Both the position numbers and the translations under genes were made by a program. Of a stretch of DNA of 64,000 nt, positions 37,501 to 53,575 are shown in pieces. The stretch is from Octopus sinensis (Eukaryota): positions 38,068,001-38,132,000 of the forward strand of contig NC_043003.1 of NCBI RefSeq assembly GCF_006345805.1, given 5' to 3'. Numbering within the stretch: position 1 is the first letter of the stretch; every line of letters begins with the position of its first letter. Below the pieces are notes generated by a model. That model saw only the letters and a list, made by a program, of their open reading frames with translations, ran no database searches and was not told the origin of the DNA.

Positions 37501-39196
37501 ACTGATGTTGCTGGTTCTTGATGCATCAGCTTTAAAGCCTTTTGTTGTTGTATTCTTACTTTTTGTCTCGAAATCAATTTTTGCCATTTCGAAATTATTG
37601 TCATAAACCAACCAAGTTGAATATACTGACTTACTCCAGATTGTGGATACATAACTCATATGCATAACTTATTGGCACGGATATCAAGGAATGCAGTATT
37701 TTCTTATTTGGTATTTCTATCGTAAGGGTGAAATTTTCTCTCCATTGAAGTTGTGAAAACTATATATCTGTGAAATATACTAGCAGTGTAGCCCGGTGTT
37801 GCTCTGGTTTGTTTTTTAGTTGCACTTAAAACAGCAGACTTTGATGTCACGTTAACACAGCTTTGACATAGTTTCAATCTACGTATAAAAGTATAGTGTG
37901 ATGATGCCCGAGTTTGCTTTGAATGTGCTGCAAATGTGTAATACCGACTTCAGTTGTTGGTATTGTTGGCTAAAATTCCTTCTATTAACATTATTCCATA
38001 GGAGCTGATTCCAAAGCGTATTTAAAGCTCTGAATGTAGCTGTTGTCCAGTGAAGCATTTCTTGCAGTTCAAGATGGGGGCCCATTCTAGCTTGCAGTTT
38101 AATTGAATATTTATCGTTTTCATCTGTGAAGGCAAATAAATTTTACCTTGCTGCCTGTTGAAAGCTGTCTGAAATAAAGTATAGCTGGAGAAATTGCAGT
38201 GGATTATTATCAACAGGCTGCAGAGAGCCGATAAAATGATGCACCTGGCCATGAACTTTAAAAGTTGGTATAAATTCCTTATCAAATTTATAACTGGATC
38301 CAAACGGGTTCATCTGGAAGGCACAATTGTAATGTCGGATACCTTTAAGGAAGGCCCTTCAGAGAGGATGGGTACCTGTAAGAAGAAATTTAAGTGGCTG
38401 TGGTGGATCCCTAGGTGTAGGTAGTTATACCTTTCCATTTGAACAGCACAATCCCGCTTGTTCACCTACCCATTTTTTAGCATTGCAAAATTGACAAGTT
38501 GTCATAAACCACCCAAGTTGAATATTCTGACTTACATGTTGTCTCCAGATTGTGGAGACATTACTTTTATGCATAACTTATTGGCACGGATATTAAGGAA
38601 TGCAGTATTTTCATATTTAGTATTTCAATATGAAAAGTGATATTTTCTCCCCATTGAAGTTCTGAAAACTATATATCTTTGAAATACAAAAGTAAAGACG
38701 TAAAGTAAGTACAGTTAGGGAGCTTTTTAATGATCACTATAAATGTTTTGATACATATAGATCTACATATTGAAATGAATTTTTTGAATTTGTTGTCATC
38801 ACAAAACAACAAATTCAAATATCTTGACTTGCATGTCATCTGCAAATTGTTTAGACATTGTTGTATCACATTCATATACCCGATGAATGCAAAGCTAGGA
38901 ATGCAGTGTTTCCATATTTGGTACTTATATAGAAAGGGTAGCATTTCCATATTTGGTATGTGTATATAAAGGGGAGCATTTTTACTCCACCCAAATAGTT
39001 ACATACACATACATACACACACACATATATCTACATATTCTTCATCTTTTAGCTTTTATCTGCTTCATTTATTAAATTCTTACCATGCAATCAATATCTA
39101 TTCCTGGAATGAAATACGTTTTTTATGTATATATAAATATGTGTGTGTGTGTGTGTTTATGTCTGTATACACATGTATGTGTTGGTACATATGTAC

Positions 39197-39243
<47 letters not shown>

Positions 39244-39253
39244 GATATACACA

Positions 39254-39297
<44 letters not shown>

Positions 39298-39964
39298 GAT
39301 AACACCACTCAAATATATACATATATATGATGTGTATACACATGGATGCATAGTTATAGATATTCTGCTACACCAGTTACTGAATGTTATTCCTTTCTGA
39401 ATAATGGCAATTTGTGACACAGTGTGAATGCAGACGTTGTGGAACTTTTGTGAGCACCATTATGAATCCTAGAAATTCTCATAATTCTTAAACATGTAGA
39501 TAACCTGAATTATAATTCCTAGGACACGCCTGAGGCTGACTCTGCTGCTGCTTTTTCGAGATGCATCCATGTGAAGGACTTTTGCTGGAGTATTCTTACT
39601 CTTTATATTCAAATGAATGTTTTGAAATTTATTATTGTCATGAGAAAACAGAGAAATGGAATATTCTGACTTGCATATCGTCTGCATAACATGTAGATAT
39701 TACCTGTATGCATAAAAGTAAAGCCATGAATATCAAGGCACATAATGCTGCATTCATATACCCAATGGATGCAAAGCTAGGAATGTGTTGTTTTCATATT
39801 CGGTATAGAAATGTTAATGGTAGCACTTTCTCTCCACTCAACTTTTAAATCATTTTAATTTTTTATATTCTTCATCTTTTAGGTTTCACTTGTTTCAGTG
39901 ATTAGATTCCTACCATGCAGTAAATATATATTGCTTGATTGCAATATATGTGTGTTTATGAGTA

Positions 39965-39996
<32 letters not shown>

Positions 39997-41473
39997 CATA
40001 CATGTCTGTAGATACACATGTATGTGTATAAGCACACATGTATGTATATACATAGATACAATGCTGTTACACAAGTCACTGGATACTATGCCTTTCTGAA
40101 TACTAGCAATTTGTGGCATAGAGTCAAAGCAGACTTTGTGAAACTGTTGTGAGAACCATTATGTATCCAACAGATTTTGATATTTCTTAAAACACTCACT
40201 GAATTACAAAAAAAAAAAAATGAAATTCACTATAATGCAATCTCAAACCAGGAGAGTTGTTCTGAGAAAGAACTCCCATCTGACAAGTGTTTGGCTATTA
40301 TTCCTGATACTCTATGGGAGCTGGAGCCACCCAGCTCTTGTCTCGTAGGTTTCCTCTTGCTGTTTTCCAAAATCCTGTCCCCTGCTTTATTCAGACGTCA
40401 GTCATTCTTTTTGTGGTCTTGAATTCCCTTGCCTGTGTTTCAGACCACTAATGCTGCTACACCAGTCACTAGATATTATGACTTTCTGAATAATAGCAAT
40501 TTGTGACACAGTGTGAAGGTAAACATTGAGGAACTTTTGTCAGCACCATTATGTACCAGACAGATTCTGGTATTTCTTCAAACATGTACAGAATGACTGC
40601 AATTAGAATCCCCAGGAAAAGCAGGGGCTAGACTGATGTTGGTTGTTCTTGATGCATCAGCTTTAAAGTCTTTCGTTGTTGTATTCTTACTTTTTGTCTC
40701 AAAATCAATTTTTGCCATTTCGAAATTATTGTCATAAACCAACTAAGTTGAATATTCTGACTTACATGTTGTCTCCAGATCGTGGAGACATTACTCATAT
40801 GCATAACTTATTGGCACGGATATCAAGGAATGCAGTATTTTCATATTTGGTATTTCAAAAGGAAGAGTGATATTTTCTCCCTATTGAAGTTGTGAAAACT
40901 ATATCTCTTTGAAATATAAAAGTAAAGACGTAAAGTAAGTACAGTTAGGGAGCTTTTTAATGATCACTATAAATGTTTTGATACATATAGATCTACATAT
41001 CGAAATGAATTTTTTGAATTTGTTGTCATCACAAAACAACAAATTCAAATATCTTGACTTGCATGTCATCTGCAAATTGTTTAGACACTATTGTACCACA
41101 TTCATATACCCGATGAATGCAAAGCTAGGAATGCAGTGTTTCCATATTTGGTATTTGTATAGAAAGGCTAGCATTTCCATATTTGGTACTTGTATATAAA
41201 GGGGAGCATTTTTACCCCGCCCAAATAGCTACATACACACACACACACACACACACCACACACATAAATATATATGTATACATGATGATGATGATACATA
41301 TTCTTCATCTTTTAGCTTTTATCTGCTTCATTTATTAAATTCTTAGCATGCAGTCAATATCTATTCCTGGAATGAAATATGTTTTTTATGTATATATAAA
41401 TGTGTGTATGTCTGTATACACATGTATGTGTAGGTACATATGTACATGTGTGTGTGTATATATATATATATAT

Positions 41474-41509
<36 letters not shown>

Positions 41510-44500
41510 CAAATATATAGATATATTTGCTTGTGTATACACATGGATGCATATTTATAGATATTCTGCTACACCAGTTACTGAATGTTATGCCTTTCTG
41601 AATAATGGCAATTTGTGACACAGTGTGAATGCTGATATTGTGGAACTTTTTTGAGCACCATTATGAATCCGAGGTATTCTCGTAATTCTTAAACACGTAG
41701 ATAACCTGAATTATAATTCCTGGGACAAGCCTGAGGCTTAATCTGCTGCTACTTTTTCTAGATTCATCTATGTGAAGAACTTTTGATGGTGTATTCTTAA
41801 TAATAATAATAAAACATTGTGTACAGTGCTCAGGTGCACTACAACTCATCTAAAGTGTATGTATAGTACAAAGGGTAATGTACAGGTTCCAATCTGCTCT
41901 CTTCCAATCGAAGGAAGCAGATTAGATATGGTTCGGGTTTTTGTTGTTGCCGCAAGAGCCAGATTGGCGATGATCATAGCATGATCAGTCGCCTAGAGGT
42001 TCCTCCGTAGTACAATTGATAACCGCTTTAAGAGTTGTGGTGAAGAGCAGGTCCAAGGCGTTGTCGCCTCTTGTTGGAGAGGTGACTACTTGTGACCAGT
42101 TTGAGTCCAGTACAAGCTCAATGAAATCGTTTGCACTCTGTGGCCAATGGAAGGTTTCCCAATTGATCTCATGATGATTGAAGTCGCCTGCAATAAAAAC
42201 ATAAGTGGCTGTTTTCCTGGCAGCAGCTCGGAGGATATCGCAAAACTGTGTGTCTTGATGGTAATTTGGGGGACGATAAACAATGCCAAGCAGGAGTGTT
42301 GACATGGTCATACGTATGTCATAGAAAAAAGCTTCTTCTCGTGATTCGTTCAAATCAGCACAAGGAATCACTGAAAAATTTGAACGAACGTAGACCATCA
42401 AACCACCACCATGGCAGTTAATGCTGTCCTTGCGGAAAAGGTTGTACCCAGTAATGTTGAAAACCCCATCACAGAGTAAGGAATGTGCCCTTGTTTCCAT
42501 GACTGTGATGAAGTCAGGGTCAATACTTCTGACGTAGGAGTTGAACAGATGTATTTTGTTGCATAAACTGCGAGCATTTAAGGACAACAATTTGTACCCT
42601 GCTTGCAGTTTATGATGGTGTGTCGAGGATGGCAGGTTGTTCTGGTTTAGTTTCCCAGAGTTGCTGTAGTTTTTTTTCCATTTTCAGTTATTGTGGGTAG
42701 AGAGCACTCAGACCAGGTGGTATCTCTCTTCCACGTTTCACCAGTCTTAACAAATCTCCAGATTTGTCCATCCTCACGAAGACTGAAACTTTCTTGCAGA
42801 GCTGAGTTCCGGTTCAGGGAAGCTGCTACATGTAGCTTCGGACGTACATCGGGTGGTAAGCCTGGGCGTGTTTGGAAGGTAGTCCGATTTTCACGCCCAG
42901 CTTTAACTGAGGCCAGATGGTATGAGGTTGCCTCAGCATTGTCTGAAAAAGACAGCTTGATGAGCCTGGTTTTTGGGCCAGGTCGTCCAAGGCGGAGAAC
43001 ACCCATTCGGGGAACGCAGCCTAGGTCTTTGGCTGAGTTGGCAGCAAATGCCTGAAGATCAACCATGTCTTCTGGTACCCCAATGGCAATAACTTCGTGG
43101 GTAGCAGAATCTGCGTTCTTTAAGGAAGGCCCTTGTGAGAGGATGGGTACCTGTAAGAAGAAATTTAAGTGGCTGTGGTTAATCCCTAGGTGTAGGTAGT
43201 TACACCTTTCCATTTCAACAGCACAATCCCCCTGTTTCACCTATCCATTTTTTAGCACTGCAAAATTGACAAGTTTTAGACATGCCGCCAATCTGATTGT
43301 GAGGGTGGTCTGCATAATCATTAGTGGGAACATAAGTGAAAGCCTTCAATGACCATCGTGATTTTATTGCTCTCGAAATACCTTGCCTATTGGCTTTGTA
43401 CTGAGAAACATCCCCCTAGTCGATTGGATCTGTTATCTGCTGTCTCTGCAGCTCTGGCAGATGCAGTAGAAGCAGCGTCTCTGCTCAGATGCAGCTCACA
43501 TTGAGCATCATTCTCTGCAGCTCTGGCAAATGCCGTAGAGGCAGCATTTCTATTCAGATGTAGTTCATATTGTGCATCGTTCTCAGCAGCTCCTTCAGAT
43601 CGTGCAGCTACAGCCTTTCGGTCTAAACGAAGTCTATGCTGACTATTTTTGTCTGCAGCTTGTACATCTGCATTAATTGTTGCATTTCCATTGTTCTGAT
43701 GTGGAACATTTTCATTATCCAGCACAGCCTGTGGGAATGTTATACAATTGGAGAAGGAATCGGATTGATTTTCCCAGCCAGTCTTTTTGTCTTAGAACAG
43801 CGATTTCAAGGATGTTTGTCTTTGCCATTGTCTCTGCCATTTCAAAGCAGATGGCAGAGACTAAACATTGTATTTCGACATCAGGTGGTACATTTTTTAT
43901 TTGGACTTTCGTCAGTCTCTGGTTTAAATAGATTGGTATCATTACCAAGTCGTCTGAATGCAGCTCCAATGTGGAGAATCGTTTTGCTAAATTTTCGTTG
44001 AGGAAACGTACTCGGACTGTACCAAATTTATTTCCCCAACTGATATACTCCTTAGAGTCCCATGCAGGACGAAGACATTTTTCAATTTTTTGCTGCGGTG
44101 CATTTTCTGGTCGTTTTGCTTTCTTGTTGATGACTTTGTAGATTATTGTTTTTTTTTGTGTGTTTTCCACGATGTGTTGTGGAATGTGAAGGTGTAATTT
44201 GTCTCCTTCTTTGGTGAAGAGTGCTTTTGTGAGGTTTATTTCCTGTGTGGTGAATTTTACGATTGTTCGTTTTTGTTTTGTCGCATTCGCGAAGTTCGTT
44301 TTAATATTGGCGGTGTTAGCAGCAGAAGGGTTAGTTTTTGCAGTTGAAGTCGTGGTAGTGGTGTTGGTGTTGGCGTCTATGGTAGGCGGTTTTGAACTTT
44401 TGTCAGCACCATTATGTATCAGAGAGATTCTGGTATTTCTTAAAACATGTACAGAATGACTGCAATTAGAATCCCCAGGAAAAGCAGGGGCTAGACTGAT

Positions 44501-46178
44501 GTTGCTGGTTCTTGATGCATCGGCTTTAAAGCCTTTTGTTGTTGTACTCTTACTTTTTGTGTCGAAATCAATTTTTGCCATTTCGAAATTATTGTCATAA
44601 ACCAACCAAGTTGAATATTCTGACTTACTCCAGATTGTGGATACATAACTCATATGCATAACTTATTGGCACGGATATCAAGGAATGCAGTATTTTCTTA
44701 TTTGGTATTTCTATCGTAAGGGTGACATTTCCTCTCCATTGAAGTTGTGAAAACTATATATCTGTGAAATATACTAGCAGTGTTGCTCTGGTTTGTTTTT
44801 TAGTTGCACTTAAAACAGCAGACTTTGATGTCACGTTAACACAGCTTTGACATAGTTTCAATCTACGTATAAAAGTATAGTGTGATGATGCCCGAGTTTG
44901 CTCTGAATGTGCTGCAAATGTGTAATACCGACTTCAGTTGTTGGTATTGTTGGCTTAAATTCCTTCTATTAACATTATTCCATAGGAGCTGATTCCAAAG
45001 CGTATTTAAAGCTCTGAATGTAGCTGTTGTCCTGTGAAGCATTTCTTGCAGTTCAAGATGGGGGCCCATTCTAGCTTGCAGTTTAATTGAATATTTATCG
45101 TTTTCATCTGTGAAGGCAAATAAATTTTACCTTGCTGCCTGTTGAAAGCTGTCTGAAATAAAGTATAGCTGGAGAAATTGCAGTGGATTATTATCAACAG
45201 GCTGCAGAGAGCCGATAAAATGATGCACCTGGCCATGAACTTTAAAAGTTGGTATAAATTCCTTATCAAATTTATAACTGGATCCAAACGGGTTCATCTG
45301 GAAGGCACAGTTGTAATGTCGGATACCTTTAAGGAAGGCCCTTCAGAGAGGATGGGTACCTGTAAGAAGAAATTTAAGTGGCTGTGGTGTTTCCCTAGGT
45401 GTAGGTAGTTATACCTTTCCATTTGAACAGCACAATCCCGTTGGTCACCTACCCATTTTTTAGCATTGCAAAATTGACAAGTTGTCATAAACCACCCAAG
45501 TTGAATATTCTGACTTACATGTTGTCTCCAGATTGTGGAGACATTACTTTTATGCATAACTTATTGGCACGGATATTAAGGAATGCAGTATTTTCATATT
45601 TAGTATTTCAATATGAAAAGTGATATTTTCTCCCCATTGAAGTTCTGAAAACTATATATCTTTGAAATACAAAAGTAAAGACGTAAAGTAAGTACAGTTA
45701 GGGAGCTTTTTAATGATCACTATAAATGTTTTGATACATATAGATCTACATATTGAAATGAATTTTTTGAATTTGTTGTCATCACAAAACAACAAATTCA
45801 AATATCTTGACTTGCATGTCATCTGCAAATTGTTTAGACATTGTTGTATCACATTCATATACCCGATGAATGCAAAGCTAGGAATGCAGTGTTTCCATAT
45901 TTGGTACTTATATAGAAAGGCTAGCATTTCCATATTTGGTATGTGTATATATAAGGGGAGCATTTTTACTCCACCCAAATAGTTACATACACATACATAC
46001 ACACACACATATATCTACATATTCTTCATCTTTTAGCTTTTATCTGCTTCATTTATTAAATTCTTACCATGCAATCAATATCTATTCCTGGAATGAAATA
46101 CGTTTTTTATGTATATATAAATATGTGTGTGTGTGTGTTTATGTCTGTATACACATGTATGTGTTGGTACATATGTAC

Positions 46179-46217
<39 letters not shown>

Positions 46218-46881
46218 CACACACTCAAATATATACATATATATGCATGTGTATACACATGGATGCATAGTTATAGATATTCTGCTACACCAGTTACTGA
46301 ATGTTATTCCTTTCTGAATAATGGCAATTTGTGACACAGTGTGAATGCAGACGTTGTGGAACTTTTGTGAGCACCATTATGAATCCGAGAAATTCTCATA
46401 ATTCTTAAACATGTAGATAACCTGAATTATAATTCCTAGGACACGCCTGAGGCTGACTCTGCTGCTGCTTTTTCGAGATGCATCCATGTGAAGGACTTTT
46501 GCTGGCGTATTCTTACTCTTTATATTCAAATGAATGTTTTGAAATTTATTATTGTCATGAGAAAACAGAGAAATGGAATATTCTGACTTACATATCGTCT
46601 GCATAACATGTAGATATTACCTGTATGCATAAAAGTAAAGCCATGAATATCAAGGCACATAATGCTGCATTCATATACCCAATGGATGCAAAGCTAGGAA
46701 TGTGTTGTTTTCATATTCGGTATAGAAATGTTAATGGTAGCACTTTCTCTCCACTCAACTTTTAAATCATTTTAATTTTTTATATTCTTCATCTTTTAGG
46801 TTTCACTTGTTTCAGTGATTAGATTCCTACCATGCAGTAAATATATATTGCTTGATTGCAATATATGTGTGTTTATGAGTA

Positions 46882-46915
<34 letters not shown>

Positions 46916-48147
46916 CATACATGTCTGTAGATACACATGTATGTGTATAAGCACACATGTATGTATATACATAGATACAATGCTGTTACACAAGTCACTG
47001 GATACTATGCCTTTCTGAATACTAGCAATTTGTGGCATAGAGTCAAAGCAGACTTTGTGAAACTGTTGTGAGAACCATTTGTATCCAACAGATTTTGATA
47101 TTTCTTAAAACACTCACTGAATTACAAAAAAAAAAAAATGAAATTCACTATAATGCAATCTCAAACCAGGAGAGTTGTTCTGAGAAAGAACTCCCATCTG
47201 ACAAGTGTTTGGCTATTATTCCTGATACTCTATGGGAGCTGAGCCACCCAGCTCTTGTCTCGTAGGTTTCCTCTTGCTGTTTTCCAAAATCCTGTCCCCT
47301 GCTTTATTCAGACGTCAGTCATTCTTTTTGTGGTCTTGAATTCCCTTGCCTGTGTTTCAGACCACTAATGCTGCTACACCAGTCACTAGATATTATGACT
47401 TTCTGAATAATAGCAATTTGTGACACAGTGTGAAGGTAAACATTGAGGAACTTTTGTCAGCACCATTACGTACCAGACAGATTCTGGTATTTCTTCAAAC
47501 ATGTACAGAATGACTGCAATTAGAATCCCCAGGAAAAGCAGGGGCTAGACTGATGTTGGTTGTTCTTGATGCATCAGCTTTAAAGTCTTTCGTTGTTGTA
47601 TTCTTACTTTTTGTCTCAAAATCAATTTTTGCCATTTCGAAATTATTGTCATAAACCAACTAAGTTGAATATTCTGACTTACATGTTGTCTCCAGATCAT
47701 GGAGACATTACTCATATGTATAACTTATTGGCACGGATATCAAGGAATGCAGTATTTTCATATTTGGTATTTCAAAAGGAAGAGTGATATTTTCTCCCTA
47801 TTGAAGTTGTGAAAACTATATCTCTTTGAAATATAAAAGTAAAGACGTAAAGTAAGTACAGTTAGGGAGCTTTTTAATGATCACTATAAATGTTTTGATA
47901 CATATAGATCTACATATCGAAATGAATTTTTTGAATTTGTTGTCATCACAAAACAACAAATTCAAATATCTTGACTTGCATGTCATCTGCAAATTGTTTA
48001 GACACTATTGTACCACATTCATATACCCGATGAATGCAAAGCTAGGAATGCAGTGTTTCCATATTTGGTATTTGTATAGAAAGGCTAGCATTTCCATATT
48101 TGGTACTTGTATATAAAGGGGAGCATTTTTACCCCGCCCAAATAGCT

Positions 48148-48192
<45 letters not shown>

Positions 48193-48372
48193 AATATATA
48201 TGTATACATGATGATGATGATACATATTCTTCATCTTTTAGCTTTTATCTGCTTCATTTATTAAATTCTTAGCATGCAGTCAATATCTATTCCTGGAATG
48301 AAATATGTTTTTTATGTATATATAAATGTGTGTATGTCTGTATACACATGTATGTGTAGGTACATATGTACA

Positions 48373-48442
<70 letters not shown>

Positions 48443-51400
48443 TCAAATATATAGATATATTTGTTTGTGTATACACATGGATGCATATTTATAGATATTC
48501 TGCTACACCAGTTACTGAATGTTATGCCTTTCTGAATAATGGCAATTTGTGACACAGTGTGAATGCTGATATTGTGGAACTTTTTTGAGCACCATTATGA
48601 ATCCGAGGTATTCTCGTAATTCTTAAACACGTAGATAACCTGAATTATAATTCCTGGGACAAGCCTGAGGCTTAATCTGCTGCTACTTTTTCTAGATTCA
48701 TCTATGTGAAGAACTTTTGATGGTGTATTCTTAATAATAATAATAAAACATTGTGTACAGTGCTCAGGTGCACTACAACTCATCTAAAGTGTATGTATAG
48801 TACAAAGGGTAATGTACAGGTTCCAATCTGCTCTCTTCCAATCGAAGGAAGCAGATTAGATATGGTTCGGGTTTTTGTTGTTGCCACAAGAGCCAGATTG
48901 GCGATGATCATAGCATGATCAGAGTGCCTAGAGGTTCCTCCGTAGTACAATTGATAACCGCTTTAAGAGTTGTGGTGAAGAGCAGGTCCAAGGCGTTGTC
49001 GCCTCTTGTTGGAGAGGTGACTACTTGTGACCAGTTTGAGTCCAGTACAAGCTCAATGAAATCGTTTGCACTCTGTGGCCAATGGAAGGTTTCCCAATTG
49101 ATCTCATGATGATTGAAGTCGCCTGCAATAAAAACATAAGTGGCTGTTTTCCTGGCAGCAGCTCGGAGGATATCGCAAAACTGTGTGTCTTGATGGTAAT
49201 TTGGGGGACGATAAACAATGCCAAGCAGGAGTGTTGACATGGTCATACGTATGTCATAGAAAAAAGCTTCTTCTCGTGATTCGTTCAAATCAGCACAAGG
49301 AATTACTGAAAAATTTGAACGAACGTAGACCATCAAACCACCACCATGGCAGTTAATGCTGTCCTTGCGGAAAAGGTTGTACCCAGTAATGTTGAAAACC
49401 CCATCACAGAGTAAGGAATGTGCCCATGTTTCCATGACTGTGATGAAGTCAGGGTCAATACTTCTGACGTAGGAGTTGAACAGATGTATTTTGTTGCATA
49501 AACTGCGAGCATTTAAGGACAACAATTTGTACCCTGCTTGCAGTTTATGATGGTGTGTAGAGGATGGCAGGTTGTTCTGGTTTAGTTTCCCAGAGTTGCT
49601 GTAGTTTTTTTTCCATTTTCAGTTATTGTGCGTAGAGAGCACTCAGACCAGGTGGTATCTCTCTTCCACGTTTCACCAGTCTTAACAAATCTCCAGATTT
49701 GTCCATCCTCACGAAGACTGAAACTTTCTTGCAGAGCTGAGTTCCGGTTCAGGGAAGCTGCTACATGTAGCTTCGGACGTACATCGGGTGGTAAGCCTGG
49801 GCGTGTTTGGAAGGTAGTCCGATTTTCACGCCCAGCTTTAACTGAGGCCAGATGGTATGAGGTTGCCTCAGCATTGTCTGAAAAAGACAGCTTGATGAGC
49901 CTGGTTTTTGGGCCAGGTCGTCCAAGGCGGAGAACACCCATTCGGGGAACGCAGCCTAGTTCTTTGGCTGAGTTGGCAGCAAATGCCTGAAGATCAACCA
50001 TGTCTTCTGGTACCCCAATGGCAATAACTTCGTGGGTAGCAGAATCCGCGTTCCTTAAGGAAGGCCCTTGTGAGAGGATGGGTACCTGTAAGAAGAAATT
50101 TAAGTGGCTGTGGTTAATCCCTAGGTGTAGGTAGTTACACCTTTCCATTTCAACAGCACAATCCCGCTGTTTCACCTATCCATTTTTTAGCACTGCAAAA
50201 TTGACAAGTTTTAGACATGCCGCCAATCTGATTGTGAGGGTGGTCTGCATAATCATTAGTGGGAACATAAGTGAAAGCCTTCAATGACCATCGTGATTTT
50301 ATTGCTCTCGAAATACCTTGCCTATTGGCTTTGTACTGAGAAACATCCCCCTAGTCGATTGGATCTGTTATCTGCTGTCTCTGCAGCTCTGGCAGATGCA
50401 GTAGAAGCAGCGTCTCTGCTCAGATGCAGCTCACATTGAGCATCATTCTCTGCAGCTCTGGCAAATGCCATAGAGGCAGCATTTCTATTCAGATGTAGTT
50501 CATGTTGTGCATCCTTCTCAGCAGCTTCTTCAGATCGTGCAGCTGCAGCCTTTCGGTCTAAACGAAGTCTATGCTGACTATTTTTGTCTGCAGCTTGTAC
50601 ATCTGCATTAATTGTTGCATTTCCATTGTTCTGATGTGGAACATTTTCATTATCCAGCACAGCCTGTGGGAATGTTATACAATTGGAGAAGGAATCGGAT
50701 TGATTTTCCCAGCCAGTCTTTTTGTCTTAGAACAGCGATTTCAAGGATGTTTGTCTTTGCCATTGTCTCTGCCATTTCAAAGCAGATGGCAGAGACTAAA
50801 CATTGTATTTCGACATCAGGTGGTACATTTTTTATTTGGACTTTCGTCAGTCTCTGGTTTAAATAGATTGGTATCATTACCAAGTCGTCTGAATGCAGCT
50901 CCAATGTGGAGAATCGTTTTGCTAAATTTTCGTTGAGGAAACGTACTTGGACTGTACCAAATTTATTCCCCAACTGATATACTCCTTAGAGTCCCATGCA
51001 GGACGAAGACATTTTTCAATTTTTTGCTGCGGTGCATTTTCTGGTCGTTTTGCTTTCTTGTTGATGACTTTGTAGATTATTGTTTTTTTTTGTGTGTTTT
51101 CCACGATGTGTTGTGGAATGTGAAGGTGTAATTTGTCTCCTTCTTTGGTGAAGAGTGCTTTTGTGAGGTTTATTTCCTGTGTGGTGAATTTTACGATTGT
51201 TCGTTTTTGTTTTGTCGCATCCGCGAAGTTCGTTTTAATATTGGCGGTGTTAGCAGCAGAAGGGTTAGTTTTTGCAGTTGAAGTCGTGGTAGTGGTGTTG
51301 GCGTTGGCGTCTTTGGTAGGCGGTTTTGAACTTTTGTCAGCACCATTATGTATCAGAGAGATTCTGGTATTTCTTAAAACATGTACAGAATGACTGCAAT

Positions 51401-52782
51401 TAGAATCCCCAGGAAAAGCAGGGGCTAGACTGATGTTGCTGGTTCTTGATGCATCGGCTTTAAAGCCTTTTGTTGTTGTACTCTTACTTTTTGTGTCGAA
51501 ATCAATTTTTGCCATTTCGAAATTATTGTCATAAACCAACCAAGTTGAATATTCTGACTTACTCCAGATTGTGGATACATAACTCATATGCATAACTTAT
51601 TGGCACGGATATCAAGGAATGCAGTATTTTCTTATTTGGTATTTCTATCGTAAGGGTGACATTTCCTCTCCATTGAAGTTGTGAAAACTATATATCTGTG
51701 AAATATACTAGCAGTGTAGCCCGGTGTTGCTCTGGTTTGTTTTTTAGTTGCACTTATAACAGCAGACTTTGATGTCACGTTAACACAGCTTTGACATAGT
51801 TTCAATCTACGAATAAAAGTATAGTGTGACGATGCTCGAGTTTGCTCTGAATGTGCTGCAGATGTGTAATACCGACTTCAGGTGTTGGTATTGTTGGCTT
51901 AAATTCCTTCTATTAACATTATTCCATAGGAGCTGATTCCAAAGCGTATTTAAAGCTCTGAATGTAGCTGTTGTCCTGTGAAGCATTTCTTGCAGTTCAA
52001 GAAGGGGGCCGATTCTAGCTTGCAGTTTAATTGAGTATTTATCGTTTTCATCTGTGAAGGCAAATAAATTTTGCCTTGCTGCCTGTTGAAAGCTGTCTGA
52101 AGTAAAGTATAGCTAGAGAAATTGCAGTGGATTATTATCAACAGGCTGTAGAGAGCTGATAAAATGATGCAACTGACCATGAACTTTAAAAGTTGGTATA
52201 TATTCCTTCTTATCAAATTTATAACCGGATCCAAATGGGTTCATCTGGAAGGCACAATTGTAATGTCGGATACCTTTAAGGAAGGCCCTTGAGAGAGGAT
52301 GGGTACCTGTAAGAAGAAATTTAAGTGGCTATGGTGGATCCTTAGGTGTAGGTAGTTATACCTTTCCATTTGAACAGCACAATCCCGCTTGTTCATCTAC
52401 CCATTTTTTAGCATTGCAAAATCGACAAGTTGTCATAAACCACCCAAGTTGAATATTCCGACTTACATGTTGTCTCCAGATTGTGGAGACATTACTTTTA
52501 TGCATAACTTATTGGCATGGATATTAAGGAATGCAGTATTTTCATATTTAGTATTTCAATATGAAGAGTGATATTTTCTCCCTATTGAAGTTCTGAAAAC
52601 TATATATCTTTGAAATACAAAAGTAAAGACGTAAAGTAAGTACAGTGTTTCCATATTTGGTATGCAGTGTTTCCATATTTGGTACTTATATAGAAAGTCT
52701 AGCATTTTCATATTTGGTACGTGTATATAAAGGGGAGAATTTTTACTCCGCCCAAATAGTTACATACACACACACACACACA

Positions 52783-52813
<31 letters not shown>

Positions 52814-52974
52814 TATATCTATATATTCTTCATCTTTTAGCTTTTATCTGCTTCATTATTAAATTCTTAGCATGCAGTCAATATCTATTCCTGGAATGAA
52901 ATATGTTTTTTATGTATATATAAATATGTGTGTGTATGTCTGTATACACATGTATGTGTAGGTACATATGTACA

Positions 52975-52996
52975 TGTATATATATATGTATATACA

Positions 52997-53064
<68 letters not shown>

Positions 53065-53078
53065 GATATACACACACT

Positions 53079-53117
<39 letters not shown>

Positions 53118-53225
53118 GATATACACACATATATATATATATAATATATATATATATATATACATAGATATACACACATATATATATATATATAATATAT
53201 ATTATATCATAGATATACACACACT

Positions 53226-53260
<35 letters not shown>

Positions 53261-53330
53261 CATATACATAGATATACACACACTCAATATATATATATAT
53301 AACATATATACATAGATATACACACCTCAA

Positions 53331-53361
<31 letters not shown>

Positions 53362-53575
53362 TACATAGATATACACACACTCAAATATATATATATATAA
53401 TATATATTACATATATACATAGATATACACACACTCAAATATATATATATATATATATATACATATACATAGATATACACACACTAAAATATATATATAT
53501 ATATATATATATACAATATACATAGATATACACACACTCAAATATATATATATACATAGATATATACATATATAT
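52975..53575. repeat. Complex minisatellite: (TA)n-catagatatacacacactcaa
   Basis: Roughly a dozen copies of catagatatacac separated by variable TA runs. Confidence 0.9.

Noticed and set aside
43715-44659. 314-aa ORF as a host gene
   Set aside because: It is a chimera of the unknown module and a Tx1 ORF1 fragment. The frame is broken in sister units (stop at 37144, frameshifts near 50965 and 58475).
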